A DNA stretch of 64,000 bases from a virus. Taxonomy: Duplodnaviria; Caudoviricetes. Below the pieces are notes generated by a model. It did not search any database. It had not been told where the DNA came from and was given only the letters and a program-made list of their open reading frames with translations. Below are positions 10,288 through 20,800 of the stretch, in pieces. Position numbers and translations under genes: made by a program. How positions within the stretch are numbered: the stretch's first letter is position 1; the number at the start of each line of letters is the position of its first letter. The stretch lies in the IMG/VR virus record IMGVR_UViG_3300047157_000186; one strand, given 5' to 3'.

Positions 10288-12114
10288 ATGAAACTTAAAT
10301 CAAAATTAAAACTTTACGAAGAGTTCGTAAATGAATCAACTAAAGAAACTACAACAACGACAGACTCTGTTGCTATAGATCAGGTTAGTGTTGATGCAGC
10401 TGCAGATTCTGCAGAAGCGGTTAGAACTGAAGTTATTAGAGACGTAGATACTATTCTTAATAATCTAGCTGAATTATCAGATAGAATTGGAGAATCAGAA
10501 TCTATTGCTTTAGAAATGGATGAATTATTCGAAGAATTATTCGAACTAACTAATGTTACAGAACTTAACGAAGGTATATTAGATTTTATTAAATCTCCTA
10601 TTAAGTTCATGAAAATTAAGAAAAATCTTAAATCATATCAAAAAGCCTTAGTACAAAAAGCAATTAACGATGTTGATTTCGCTAAGAAGAAACAGGCAGG
10701 TGATGCTGATGAGAAAGATAAAAAGAGAATGGAAACTCTAAAACAAGCCAATGAAGCCAAAAACAAAGCACTAGATGATCAATTATCTGCTATCGCAGAA
10801 AGAATGACAGAATTGTCAGGTGGAGATGAAGGTTTAGGTAAAGTTGTTTCTATTGGAAAAACAAAATCTAAATTAGCTGCGGCTAAAATAGTAATGAAAG
10901 CAACTTCAGGTGAAGAAGCAAAACAACTTAAATTAGAAATTGATACTTTAGTAGATAGAATTTCAGATGATGAAAAATCTCTTAAAGATTACGCTAAAAA
11001 AGCTGGTCCAGCTGATCATACAGATGCTGAACAATCAGGTGATAATGATAATGAGGCTAGTAGAGATCAAATGGCAGGTATAGGCACTGAAGATAAGCCT
11101 AAAGTTAAGACTAAGACAAAGGATGAAACTCCAGAAGAGAAAGAAGCTAGAATAAAGAAAGAAAAGACAGATAAGAATGCTCCTAAAATTGAAAAATTAG
11201 AAGCTTCAAAAACTAAAGCTAAAGAAGCATACGATGCTGTAGATGCAGGTAATAAGATTGAGAAAGCTAAAGCAAAAATTGCTTTTGTAGAAGTACAATT
11301 AGAATTAGCTAAACTTAAAGAAGATGATGCAGAAGTAATAAAAGGCTTTGAAGAAGAAATCAAAGCACTTAATATAACAGCTAATCGTAAAGCAGTTCAA
11401 GTACCAGCCGGTAATACAGAAACTGGTTCAGGCTCTGGTTCAGGTTCAGGTTCAGGCTCTGGTTCAGGTTCAGGCTCTGGTTCAGGTTCAGGCTCTGGTT
11501 CAGGCTCAGGCTCTGGTTCAGGCTCTGGTTCAGGTTCAGGCTCTGGTTCAGGAGGCGGTGAACCACAAAATAGCAATAACCAAATTTCTGTAGAAGATAG
11601 TATAACTATTAATGAAGCTACTCTTGGTGAACTAATGGCAACTACCGAAGATGATTACAAATACTTAAAGGGAGAAGCTAAGAAACTAGGAGTTAAAGTA
11701 TCAGTTTCAACTGGAAAAGATTCAATGTATGACGATATGGGATATGATACATTATCATTCAGTGGTGATAAAGCTGCTATTTTAAAATTAGCCAAAATTT
11801 CAGGTCATGATCAAGATATTTGTTCAGAACCAGATTGTGGTGGTTATGAGATTACAGAAGCCGTTGAAGTAACTGAAGAAACATCTGAAGAAGTTGAAGA
11901 AGGAAATGAATTCGGAGCTGCAAGAGCAGAAGCAATTGCAAAAGGTGAGAAAACATTTAAAGTAGGCGACGAAGAATATCCAGTAGAAGATGTTTCTAAG
12001 GAAGATGAAGAAAACGCTGAAGAATTTGTAGAAGAAGCAAAAGAAGAATTACCTAAAACTATTAAATTAGATGAAGGTTTAACTATTGCACAACGATTCT
12101 CAAGATTAATGTAA
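10288..12114 (+). CDS. Large acidic/lysine-rich putative internal head protein with a (GS)21 linker
   Basis: N-terminus [17 protein letters not shown] is CTS-like; many L/I-x-E sites; late promoter at 10243. Confidence 0.65.
   Translation: MKLKSKLKLYEEFVNESTKETTTTTDSVAIDQVSVDAAADSAEAVRTEVIRDVDTILNNLAELSDRIGESESIALEMDELFEELFELTNVTELNEGILDFIKSPIKFMKIKKNLKSYQKALVQKAINDVDFAKKKQAGDADEKDKKRMETLKQANEAKNKALDDQLSAIAERMTELSGGDEGLGKVVSIGKTKSKLAAAKIVMKATSGEEAKQLKLEIDTLVDRISDDEKSLKDYAKKAGPADHTDAEQSGDNDNEASRDQMAGIGTEDKPKVKTKTKDETPEEKEARIKKEKTDKNAPKIEKLEASKTKAKEAYDAVDAGNKIEKAKAKIAFVEVQLELAKLKEDDAEVIKGFEEEIKALNITANRKAVQVPAGNTETGSGSGSGSGSGSGSGSGSGSGSGSGSGSGSGSGSGSGSGSGSGGGEPQNSNNQISVEDSITINEATLGELMATTEDDYKYLKGEAKKLGVKVSVSTGKDSMYDDMGYDTLSFSGDKAAILKLAKISGHDQDICSEPDCGGYEITEAVEVTEETSEEVEEGNEFGAARAEAIAKGEKTFKVGDEEYPVEDVSKEDEENAEEFVEEAKEELPKTIKLDEGLTIAQRFSRLM
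11425..11550 (+). repeat. 21 x 6-bp tandem repeat (GGTTCA/GGCTCT/GGCTCA) encoding Gly-Ser
   Basis: 126 nt of in-frame hexamer repeats. Confidence 0.95.
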
Positions 12115-12116
12115 GA

Positions 12117-12626
12117 TTAAAGAGAACGTTTAGCGTTCTTTTTAGCAAGTTTAAGAAACTCCTCTCGTTCTTCGAGCAGGAGTTTTTTACATTTCTTACG
12201 AAACTCAATTGAAGATTTTAATATACGACTATCAATCATTGGTGCTTTTAATGCATCATGATATTCTGGATGTAAAAAGTTTTCCAAATCAAAATTCATA
12301 AATTTAGCTTTAATTGGCTTAAGACTAATCGCACAATACCAATCTACTATATTACAGTTTTCATGAAGTGTTGCTAAATCGACTAATATTTCATTACTAT
12401 GATCCCAGTATTTTTTAGTTAATGCGACGCTTTTAATTGGTGGTTTTTGCATTCTAAGTACACAATGGACAAATTGATCATCATCAGACCATCTTCTAAT
12501 GTGCCTGTGTTCAACAAGGAACTTCCTGAAGAACTTCATCATTGGCGCTAGTATAATACCGTACCTATTTCGTGGATTAGGACCAGATGTGCGGGTGATG
12601 ATTATATGAGAATAAGATCTTGCCAT
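12117..12626 (-). CDS. Hypothetical protein; the only convincing minus-strand gene
   Basis: 169 aa, fills the gap between two + strand genes; GATAAATA late-like box at 12633-12640 on the minus strand. Confidence 0.75.
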   Translation of the reverse strand: MARSYSHIIITRTSGPNPRNRYGIILAPMMKFFRKFLVEHRHIRRWSDDDQFVHCVLRMQKPPIKSVALTKKYWDHSNEILVDLATLHENCNIVDWYCAISLKPIKAKFMNFDLENFLHPEYHDALKAPMIDSRILKSSIEFRKKCKKLLLEEREEFLKLAKKNAKRSL

Positions 12627-12691
12627 TTATTATATTTATCTATGAAACTTTATAGCTGTTGTGAGGTATAACCATTAAACATATTATATAC

Positions 12692-13648
12692 ATGAATTCG
12701 ATAAATCAATTATTTACAGAAAAATACAGACCTAAAAACCTAGAAGAACTCATATTACCAGAGAGGGTAATGAGTAAATTCAATGATGGTTTAGTACAAA
12801 ATATGCTATTCGCTGGATCACCAGGAACAGGCAAAACATCATGTGCTAAGGCAATTGTTCAACAATTTAAACTACCATATCTCTATATTAATGCATCAAC
12901 AGATACATCGGTAGAAGTTATTCGTACAAGAATTACCGATTTCTGTTCTACTGTTTCTATTATGGATGCACCCGGAATGTTTAAAGTAGTAATACTTGAT
13001 GAGGTTGATGGTGTATCAGATCAATTCTTTAAAGCATTGCGTGCTACTATGGAAACATTCGCATCTAATTCTAGATTTATTGCAACATGTAATTATATTA
13101 ATAAACTACCAGATCCAATTCTTTCAAGATTTGAAGTTATAGATTTTGATTTTGACAAACAAGAAGAAAGTGAACTAACAAAAAAGTATATTAAAAGAGT
13201 TTATGAGATTTGTAAGAAAGAAGACATGACAATTGAAAAGCCGGCATTGGTTGAATTTGTTAAAAGAAACTTTCCTGATTTAAGATCTACTCTTAATAAA
13301 TTACAAGGATATAAAACACAAGGTACTTCCAATATTACAGTAGATGATGTTAAAAAATTCAACTCTGTATATAAAGACGTATTTGAATTAGTGTTTAATG
13401 AAACAGATCCTGCAAAAAATTATCAAACATTAGTAGGTAATTATGCAAATAGAGTTGACGATGTTTTACAAACACTTGGCGCTGAATTCATTGAATATAT
13501 TCAGCAAGAAAAAGGACAATATATAAAACATATACCACAGATAATTATAACTGTAGCTAAGCATCAATCTCAAAGAGTTCATGTTATTGATCCAGTTATT
13601 ACAATGTTAAGTTGTGTATATGAGATACAAAGTATAGTTAATTCGTAA
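12692..13648 (+). CDS. gp44: Clamp loader AAA+ subunit (gp44 / RFC small subunit-like)
   Basis: FTEKYRPK, GSPGTGKT, ILDEVD, LSRF, NFPDLR. Confidence 0.93.
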   Translation: MNSINQLFTEKYRPKNLEELILPERVMSKFNDGLVQNMLFAGSPGTGKTSCAKAIVQQFKLPYLYINASTDTSVEVIRTRITDFCSTVSIMDAPGMFKVVILDEVDGVSDQFFKALRATMETFASNSRFIATCNYINKLPDPILSRFEVIDFDFDKQEESELTKKYIKRVYEICKKEDMTIEKPALVEFVKRNFPDLRSTLNKLQGYKTQGTSNITVDDVKKFNSVYKDVFELVFNETDPAKNYQTLVGNYANRVDDVLQTLGAEFIEYIQQEKGQYIKHIPQIIITVAKHQSQRVHVIDPVITMLSCVYEIQSIVNS

Positions 13649-13664
13649 AAAAGTAATAAATAAT

Positions 13665-13695
13665 TTTTTTATGTCAATTATTTTTGGTATATTAG
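13665..13695 (+). promoter_or_regulatory. Early-class promoter (TTTTTATGTC...TGGTATATTAG)
   Basis: One of 9 copies of the TATATTAG box with a conserved upstream element. Confidence 0.75.
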
Positions 13696-13719
13696 GCATA
13701 GATATTAAACACATAAGAT

Positions 13720-14985
13720 ATGAAAGTGGGAAAACACACACTATTAATAGACGGTAATTATTTTGTATTCAGCAGACTTTTTGTTTTACCAAAACCTAAA
13801 ACAGGTCAACTGTTAGGTGATGATAAACAAAAATCACAGTTTATGAGAAAATTAGCCATTGATTTTGCATCAGAGATGCGTAAATTAAAAATGTTTGTAG
13901 ATGACGTTGTATTAACAGTTGATTCTAAATCATGGAGAAAAGATTTATACCCAGAAGCAGATTATAAGGGTACTAGAAAACAAAGCAGTAATGTAAATTG
14001 GACAAATGTATATGGAGTTTATGAAGAATTCCAAAAAATATTAGCCGATAAAGGTGTTACTGTACATCAAATACAAGGTGCAGAAGCAGATGATGTTATT
14101 TTTGGATGGTCTACTGCACTTAATAACAGGGGTAAATCATGTATCGTATGGTCAGGTGATAGAGATCTTATTCAATTAGTAAATTACTCTAAAACTAATG
14201 ATGCACATACTTTATGGTATTACAACACTAAAAAATCTTTATATGCTTATGAAGGTTTTGAAACAGACATGGAAGCATCGGTTGCATCTGAAATGTCAAA
14301 TGAAGATCTTCTATTTAACATGGGAGGTGAGCACATGACAAGAGATTCGTATCAAAATAATATTATGTCATGGGTAAAAGCACTTAAAATAAATATTACA
14401 GAAGTTGATTGTGATAGATTTATTTTCAATAAGATTCTTATAGGTGATAAATCAGATAATATACCATCTGTAGTTACGTGGCAAAAAGAATTAAAAACAG
14501 GCAAGCTTAGAACATACTCTATCACAGAGAAGATGGCAGATACCATATACGATCAATTTATTAAAGAACTAGATAACTTTACTATTGAGTATTTGTTTAA
14601 TACAGATCACAAGAACTCTCTTACAGACATCATATACAGAGTAGTTGGACATTCTAATACTGCATTGATCAAAGCATCTTTATCTAATAACATCGCGTTA
14701 ATGTTACTACATATTAAAACTATTCCAGACTCTATTCAAAAAGCGATATATGATGCTATCGAAAAGGATTGGGAAGGAGCATTAGAAAATGTAGAACAAT
14801 TCCAAGATATGGAAAAAATATTGGAAGGAACAAGTTGGTTGAAAGATAAAGCAAGTTTTGGTCCTGATGCATTCGCAGGAATGGATATTCCTAAAGAAAC
14901 AAAGACCAAAAAACCTCCAATGAAATTAGTAGGTAAGAAAACAAATACAGATAAAAAATTGGCACCTAGTAAAAAGTTATTCTAA
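13720..14985 (+). CDS. rnh: 5'-3' exonuclease / RNase H (T4 Rnh, FEN-like)
   Basis: LLIDGNY, SWRKDLYPEADYKGTR, EADDVI, SGDRDLIQL, GDKSDNIP. Confidence 0.9.
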   Translation: MKVGKHTLLIDGNYFVFSRLFVLPKPKTGQLLGDDKQKSQFMRKLAIDFASEMRKLKMFVDDVVLTVDSKSWRKDLYPEADYKGTRKQSSNVNWTNVYGVYEEFQKILADKGVTVHQIQGAEADDVIFGWSTALNNRGKSCIVWSGDRDLIQLVNYSKTNDAHTLWYYNTKKSLYAYEGFETDMEASVASEMSNEDLLFNMGGEHMTRDSYQNNIMSWVKALKINITEVDCDRFIFNKILIGDKSDNIPSVVTWQKELKTGKLRTYSITEKMADTIYDQFIKELDNFTIEYLFNTDHKNSLTDIIYRVVGHSNTALIKASLSNNIALMLLHIKTIPDSIQKAIYDAIEKDWEGALENVEQFQDMEKILEGTSWLKDKASFGPDAFAGMDIPKETKTKKPPMKLVGKKTNTDKKLAPSKKLF

Positions 14986-14986
14986 T

Positions 14987-15148
14987 ATGACACTAACTGA
15001 TTATATTCAAATAGAAGAAATATTAGCAGAAGCAAATGCACATAATCTAAAACCAGAAGTTATAGATCTTGCTATTAAAATAGAGATGCTTCATAATTTT
15101 TCAAAAGTAGATGCACATCAACATGCATTTAACACCTTAATAGGGTAA
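14987..15148 (+). CDS. Small hypothetical protein (53 aa)
   Basis: ATG 1 nt after the rnh stop, open to TAA; below the ORF-track length cutoff. Confidence 0.55.
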   Translation: MTLTDYIQIEEILAEANAHNLKPEVIDLAIKIEMLHNFSKVDAHQHAFNTLIG

Positions 15149-15177
15149 ACTTTCTTACTAATCCACATATAAATAAT

Positions 15178-15606
15178 ATGCTAGACGAAACTAAATTATT
15201 TGATTTTGTAAAGATAATGTTTACAAAACCAGACCAATACAACAATATAAAAAATCATTCAAAGAAACGACATCACTTTATGATCAATCGTTTCTTTGCT
15301 ATTAAATATCCATCTAATGCTAATCTTTTTAATTTAAACGGTATTAATGGAGGAAATGTAGTAGAATCATGGGCTATGGTTGCTCAAAGATTCAAAGGTG
15401 TTCCACGTTGGTTTTATACTAAGACCAAAAAAGCACCAAAAAAACAGGTTGATAGATATACTCCTAGCGATGCTTCAATTGAGATCTACCTGTCAAAAAA
15501 TGAAATAGGTATGCGAGAATTCAATGATTTAAAATTGTATGCAAAAGAGGAACTATTTAATGATTTACAAAAAATTGAAGCGCAAATAGATGTTTACAGA
15601 AAATAA
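15178..15606 (+). CDS. Possible clamp loader small subunit (gp62-like)
   Basis: FMINRFFAIKYPSNANLFN resembles the gp62 FMINR...ANEMN region; middle promoter at 15146; near gp44. Confidence 0.45.
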   Translation: MLDETKLFDFVKIMFTKPDQYNNIKNHSKKRHHFMINRFFAIKYPSNANLFNLNGINGGNVVESWAMVAQRFKGVPRWFYTKTKKAPKKQVDRYTPSDASIEIYLSKNEIGMREFNDLKLYAKEELFNDLQKIEAQIDVYRK

Positions 15607-16240
15607 AGATGACTTTTCAGAAGTAGTAGATATTACACTTTATCGATATAATTCAATAGACACTAAAATATGGGGACTAATTTCTAGGGACTCTATGTGT
15701 AAAAGAATAAGCGATGATTCGTATTTAGTACAGGCTACAAAAATGCAACAATATATTACTAAGTTCTTTGCTAGAGAAATAAATAGATTTAAATCTGTGG
15801 GAGATGCATCTATACACAAAGAAGCAACTTCAATTTATTTTATATGGCAAATGTTACAAAATATGCCAAATTTATCATGGATCAAAGTTACTTTAAATAA
15901 AAATCTAAATTATAATAGAATTGTCAAGATTGATCAAATTAAAACAATTAAATATAATATTAAAACAATTAGAGGTAGTTTAAGATTATTTGAATTATTT
16001 GAATCGAGAGAATTAAATATTATAAATGAAGTTTTAGAAAGATGTAAGATGATGTCAAGTGATGAGATGTATAAAGTTTTTAAACTAAAACAGTTCATGA
16101 CAGTGTTAGATATGTATTTATCAGATAATGAAGCAACAGAAACCTTTGGAATAATTAATGCAATAATTCATAAATTAGAACCTTATGAATCTGACGATCC
16201 TGAAATACTCTTAATAACAGATAGAAATTCAGATATATAA
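15590..16240 (+). CDS. Hypothetical protein
   Basis: 216 aa ORF overlapping the previous stop. Confidence 0.6.
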   Translation: MFTENKDDFSEVVDITLYRYNSIDTKIWGLISRDSMCKRISDDSYLVQATKMQQYITKFFAREINRFKSVGDASIHKEATSIYFIWQMLQNMPNLSWIKVTLNKNLNYNRIVKIDQIKTIKYNIKTIRGSLRLFELFESRELNIINEVLERCKMMSSDEMYKVFKLKQFMTVLDMYLSDNEATETFGIINAIIHKLEPYESDDPEILLITDRNSDI

Positions 16241-16270
16241 TAAAAAACAAGACCACTGGTCCTTTTATTA

Positions 16271-18157
16271 ATGGTAAATAATTTTACAGCAGATCAAATA
16301 GGTGACTCATTTGTCGCAAAGCTAATAGAACCATACGAAAATGTAGCGGGTATCAATTCATGGGATATTGTAGCAGGTGTAAGTACGCCAAATACTGTAG
16401 GAACTTTAAGTATGACTGAAGGTAATCTTACTGTTACTGGACAAAACACCAACTTATTTTTAAATAGAGGTGATAAAATCATAGTAGGTAATACAACATT
16501 TGAAGTAGATACAATATATGACTCGAATACTTTTACAGTATTGGAAGTTCCTACCTTTACTGCAACAGGCTTAAAATTTTACTTACCATTAAATCCAAAC
16601 AATTTTTTTAATTACGAATTTAAATGGTCACAAGAGCCATTAGATAGTGATGGAGGCGCAATGTCAGAATATGCGTTATTAAACACTGGCACATCACCTA
16701 CGGATTTATTAGGATTAACGTTTGATTCTACTAAACCCCTATGGATTAGTGTTAGGTTTACAGTAAATAGATTATCTACGGCACATTCTTTATCTTTATT
16801 AAGTCTTACATTTAATTTAGAAACAGAAGCTGGAGAAATTATATCATGCCCTCAATATTGTACTGATTGTACTGATCCATCAGCAATGAATGGATGTGCT
16901 AATATATCTGTTACATGTGACGAAAACTTATTTGATCCATATTCTTTACAAAAACCAATTAATGTATATAAGCAAATATCTGATTTATCTACTGAGATGT
17001 TTGGCCATAAAGTAAAGTATTATAAAGTAGAGGCAGATAAAAGATCGCGCGATGTTATATTAATGGAATATTCATTGTATAATGTTAAAGATAGTGGAGA
17101 ATTTAAAATAATGGTACCAGATAATGAGATGCCATCTAATGAATTTAAATTTGATATTTATGGAATGGGATTTGAGGATTTTGAAATACACATAACAAAA
17201 ACTCAATTTGAATCAGCATTTGGTCCAAATAAAAATCCGAGAATGAGGGATTACTTATATTTTCCTTTAATGAATAGAATGTATGAAGTTAGTTCTGTTG
17301 CATTTGCAGATGAATTTAACATGGAACATTCTTACTGGAGAGTAATGCTTAGAAAATATGAGGAAAGAACAAGCACTATTAATAATGATACAGTAATAGA
17401 GCAAGAAGTTAATGATTTAGTTACAGGATTAGATGAAGTCTTTGGAGAAGAGATACAAGACGAATTTACACAAGTTACTAAACCAGAACAATATCAAACC
17501 GTATTTACAGAAGTAGGTGATGGTATTAGAGAAAGAATTCATAACAACTTAACAATATTAGATACTGAGATTAGACAGAAGTGGACAATCATTAGTAAAA
17601 ACACATATGATCTTAGTAGTATTAAAGACATAGGAATAGAAGCATTGGTTTATAAAAGAAAATCTAAACTTGCATCCAATGATAATTTAGCTATTACACT
17701 TTGGTTTCAACCTAATTTAAAAGAAGCTAATCCAAATGCAACATTAATAGATGGATATTTAAGTGGTAAAGGATTAAAGGTGTCAACAACATCTAATAAC
17801 TTGTCAGTTAAAATAAACGGAGATTCTCATTCATTTACATATGACAATGAAATTTTAAATGATGTATGGCATGGTGTAGTTATTAATGTAAATAATAAAT
17901 ACAGCAAACTTACAGCTAACGTATTCAAATTAGAACCTGGTAGTAACTTATTAAATAGTAATACAACACAAACAGGAATCACATCAGTATTAAATGATTC
18001 ATGGTCTCTTATGCCAGGTCCAGCAAAATTAACAAACGTTAGATTATTTAATAAATCAATAGAAGCAGAACAAAGACTAAATGTATTACAACAATATATT
18101 GTTAGAGATAATAAATTCGCTCTATTATCGATAACGCAATTCCATCAATTCAATTAA
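16271..18157 (+). CDS. gp14: Neck protein (T4 gp14-like core) with N- and C-terminal beta-rich extensions; true C-terminus slightly beyond 18157 because of an indel
   Basis: FGHKVKYYKVE and PRMRDYLYFPLMNRMYEVSSV match gp14 motifs; LamG-like AITLWF / WHGVVIN / LTNVRLFN at the C-terminus. Confidence 0.7.
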   Translation: MVNNFTADQIGDSFVAKLIEPYENVAGINSWDIVAGVSTPNTVGTLSMTEGNLTVTGQNTNLFLNRGDKIIVGNTTFEVDTIYDSNTFTVLEVPTFTATGLKFYLPLNPNNFFNYEFKWSQEPLDSDGGAMSEYALLNTGTSPTDLLGLTFDSTKPLWISVRFTVNRLSTAHSLSLLSLTFNLETEAGEIISCPQYCTDCTDPSAMNGCANISVTCDENLFDPYSLQKPINVYKQISDLSTEMFGHKVKYYKVEADKRSRDVILMEYSLYNVKDSGEFKIMVPDNEMPSNEFKFDIYGMGFEDFEIHITKTQFESAFGPNKNPRMRDYLYFPLMNRMYEVSSVAFADEFNMEHSYWRVMLRKYEERTSTINNDTVIEQEVNDLVTGLDEVFGEEIQDEFTQVTKPEQYQTVFTEVGDGIRERIHNNLTILDTEIRQKWTIISKNTYDLSSIKDIGIEALVYKRKSKLASNDNLAITLWFQPNLKEANPNATLIDGYLSGKGLKVSTTSNNLSVKINGDSHSFTYDNEILNDVWHGVVINVNNKYSKLTANVFKLEPGSNLLNSNTTQTGITSVLNDSWSLMPGPAKLTNVRLFNKSIEAEQRLNVLQQYIVRDNKFALLSITQFHQFN

Positions 18158-18238
18158 GAAGATATAATCAAAAGGTAGATAATTTACTAAATTTGTACTA
18201 CAATGATTTGTTAGATATATAGATTATAATATAATAAT

Positions 18239-18911
18239 ATGAGTGAAGACAAGAAAAAGACATATATCTGAACAAGCAGATCAAATAAGAAAGGAATTAG
18301 ATGATTTAATAGGGGACTAATGTATTGGATGTAGAAACAGATCCAACAGATCTGCCAATCAAACAACCCAGAACTAGATTTAGCACCACGTGTAAATTAT
18401 ACAGAATTAAAAGGTTCTAGTGCTACTAAAAAAGCAGACAAAAACTATTACAGCACTTATGAAATTTTATCTCGATGCAGATATTATTGAAAAGAGACGA
18501 ATATATTCAAGCTAAAAAAGCAAATGGATGAAATGACAATGTCATCTCTAATATATCAATTACAAGCTGGTGAAAAAGCATTAACTACACTCTATTAGAA
18601 ACAATTGACTCTGGTGAATTAGCACCAAGAATGTTTGAAGTTCTTGCAACTCTACAGAAATCAATGTTAGATATTATTAAATCTCAGACCATGTATTTAA
18701 TGGCTGCAGAAGAATCTACAAAAAGAATTGCTAGAGATATTGAAATCTATCAAGCAAAGAGAATGATCAAAGAAATTGAAGAAGCTGGTGGAGACACTGG
18801 TAATAAAAATATCCAAAGAGGTACAAAAGATTTAATGGCTGCAATTCAAGCAGGTATCATGGTGCATCAGAAGAAGATATTGAAGATGTAGAACCAACTA
18901 CAGAAGAATAA
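18239..18911 (+). CDS. Probable terminase small subunit, fragmented by indels
   Basis: Directly upstream of TerL; helical APRMFEVLATLQKSMLDII resembles the gp16-type PRxxEV motif. Confidence 0.55.
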
Positions 18912-20742
18912 TGATGTCAGACGGAATAGGAGATAATAAATGGATTCCCAAAGAAGAAGGGCCACATGCAGCTATCTGATAGAATTGTTTGGTCTACTAA
19001 ACAAGATCAATGATCTGTTGTTGCAATGGACCAGGGTTATCGTCCTAAGATTAAGTTGCCATTCTACGAGGGTAGACAATTTCTAAAGAAAGGTAATATT
19101 GTATTTGAATATACTGATGAAGAAATTACTGAATTAGCTAGATGCGCCAAGATATTGTTTATTTTGCAGAAAAGTATGCAGTAGTAATGACAGATGAAGG
19201 TATTCAACAAGTAAAACTTAGAGAATATCAAAAAAGAATGTTCGAAATTTCCAGAAGAAGATTTAATATTGTATTAGCTTCTCGGCAAATGGGTAAAACT
19301 GTAACTGCATCTATATTTAATGCATGGTACTTTATTTAATACAGATAAAAATACTCTTTTATTAGCCAACAAATCTGATTCAACAAAAGAAATTATTGAT
19401 AAAGCAAAAGTAGTTGTAGAAAACTTACCATTCTTTATGAAACCAGGTATTATTAAATATGATGTGATGAATGTAAGATGTGATAATGGTTGTCGATTAA
19501 TAGGACAATCAACTACAGCAAAATCAGGTATTGGTTTTACAATTCATAATTTATACCTAGATGAGTTTGCCCATATTCATCCATCGATTGCTAGATACTT
19601 TCTATGAGAATGTATATCCTACATTATCCTCATCGAAAGTCTCTAGAATTACTATTACATCTACGCCAAACGGATTTAATAAGTTCTATCAAATCTATGC
19701 TGCTGCAGATCGAGGTGATAATGAATACAGCAATGCGAGAATTGATTGGTGGCAACATCCAGATAGAGATGATGCTTGGTATGAAAGAGAGCTAGGAAAC
19801 TTAGGTTAGTATTGAAGCATTTAATAAACAATATGGAAATGAATTCGTTTCGCTCATCAAACCTTTTATTAGACCCAGTCGATATGAAGAAGATGAGAAA
19901 GAGAATGAAGAAATATGTTTATCATGACTTTGATGAATTTGATTATATTAATATTGATACAAAAGGTTTCTTAGAATGGGATCCTGACTTTGATATTGAA
20001 TACATGTAAAGATGCAGAAAACTTTTGGTTATTCTCAGTAGATATTGCAGAAGGTAATGGTGGTGATTATTCAGTGATTAATATATTTAAAGTCGATCCT
20101 ATGAATAAGAAGAAATTAAGAATTGTTAATCCTGGTGCGATGTATGATTTCTTTAAATTTAAACAAGTTGCTATATTTAGATCTAATGAACATGTTATAG
20201 AAGATTTTGCAAAGGTACTTATATACTTTAGCAGTAGATATTTTATCACGAGAATGTAAAAATGATTGTAGAGTATAATACTTATGGTACAGTTTATTCC
20301 AATATCTAAGAAGTATATTTCCACAAAGAAATGATTTTGATGATGAAATGATTAGTAAAATTCAGACATCGACATGACGCAAAGACATTAAAACCAGGAA
20401 TAAAACTAAAATCTGACAATAAAGCTATCTTTTGTCAGAATTTTGCAAAATTATATAAGATAAATAGATTAGATTTAACAGATGAAGTTACAGTAAATGA
20501 AGCTAGTCTTATTTGGTACTTTACCAAATGGAAGTTATGGAGCTCAAATGGGAAACGATGATGTCATTATGACATTATTACTGCAACTGAATTTTTTAAC
20601 ACAACAGATTATGCAGATTTATTGAGGAACTCTTAGATTTCATAGATCCTGATCTTCACGACGAGATGGAAAGCTATCTTATTTAAAGATAGTGATTTCA
20701 GCAAGGAGATTTACAATATGACATTTATGACCTATTAAATAA
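18911..20742 (+). CDS. gp17: Terminase large subunit (T4 gp17-like), fragmented by many indels; end approximate
   Basis: LREYQ, VLASRQMGKT, LANKSDS, LYLDEFAH, ITSTPNGFN, VDIAEGNGGDYS, GNDDVIM. Confidence 0.92.
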
Positions 20743-20800
20743 ATTTGCGAAAAAGACAAGGATATATAATAAAAGAATTAAAAAATAAAAACGAACAATT

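Noticed and set aside
11425-11550. Tandem repeat as origin iterons or DGR template
   Set aside because: It is an in-frame Gly-Ser linker with synonymous variation; no reverse transcriptase is present in the window.
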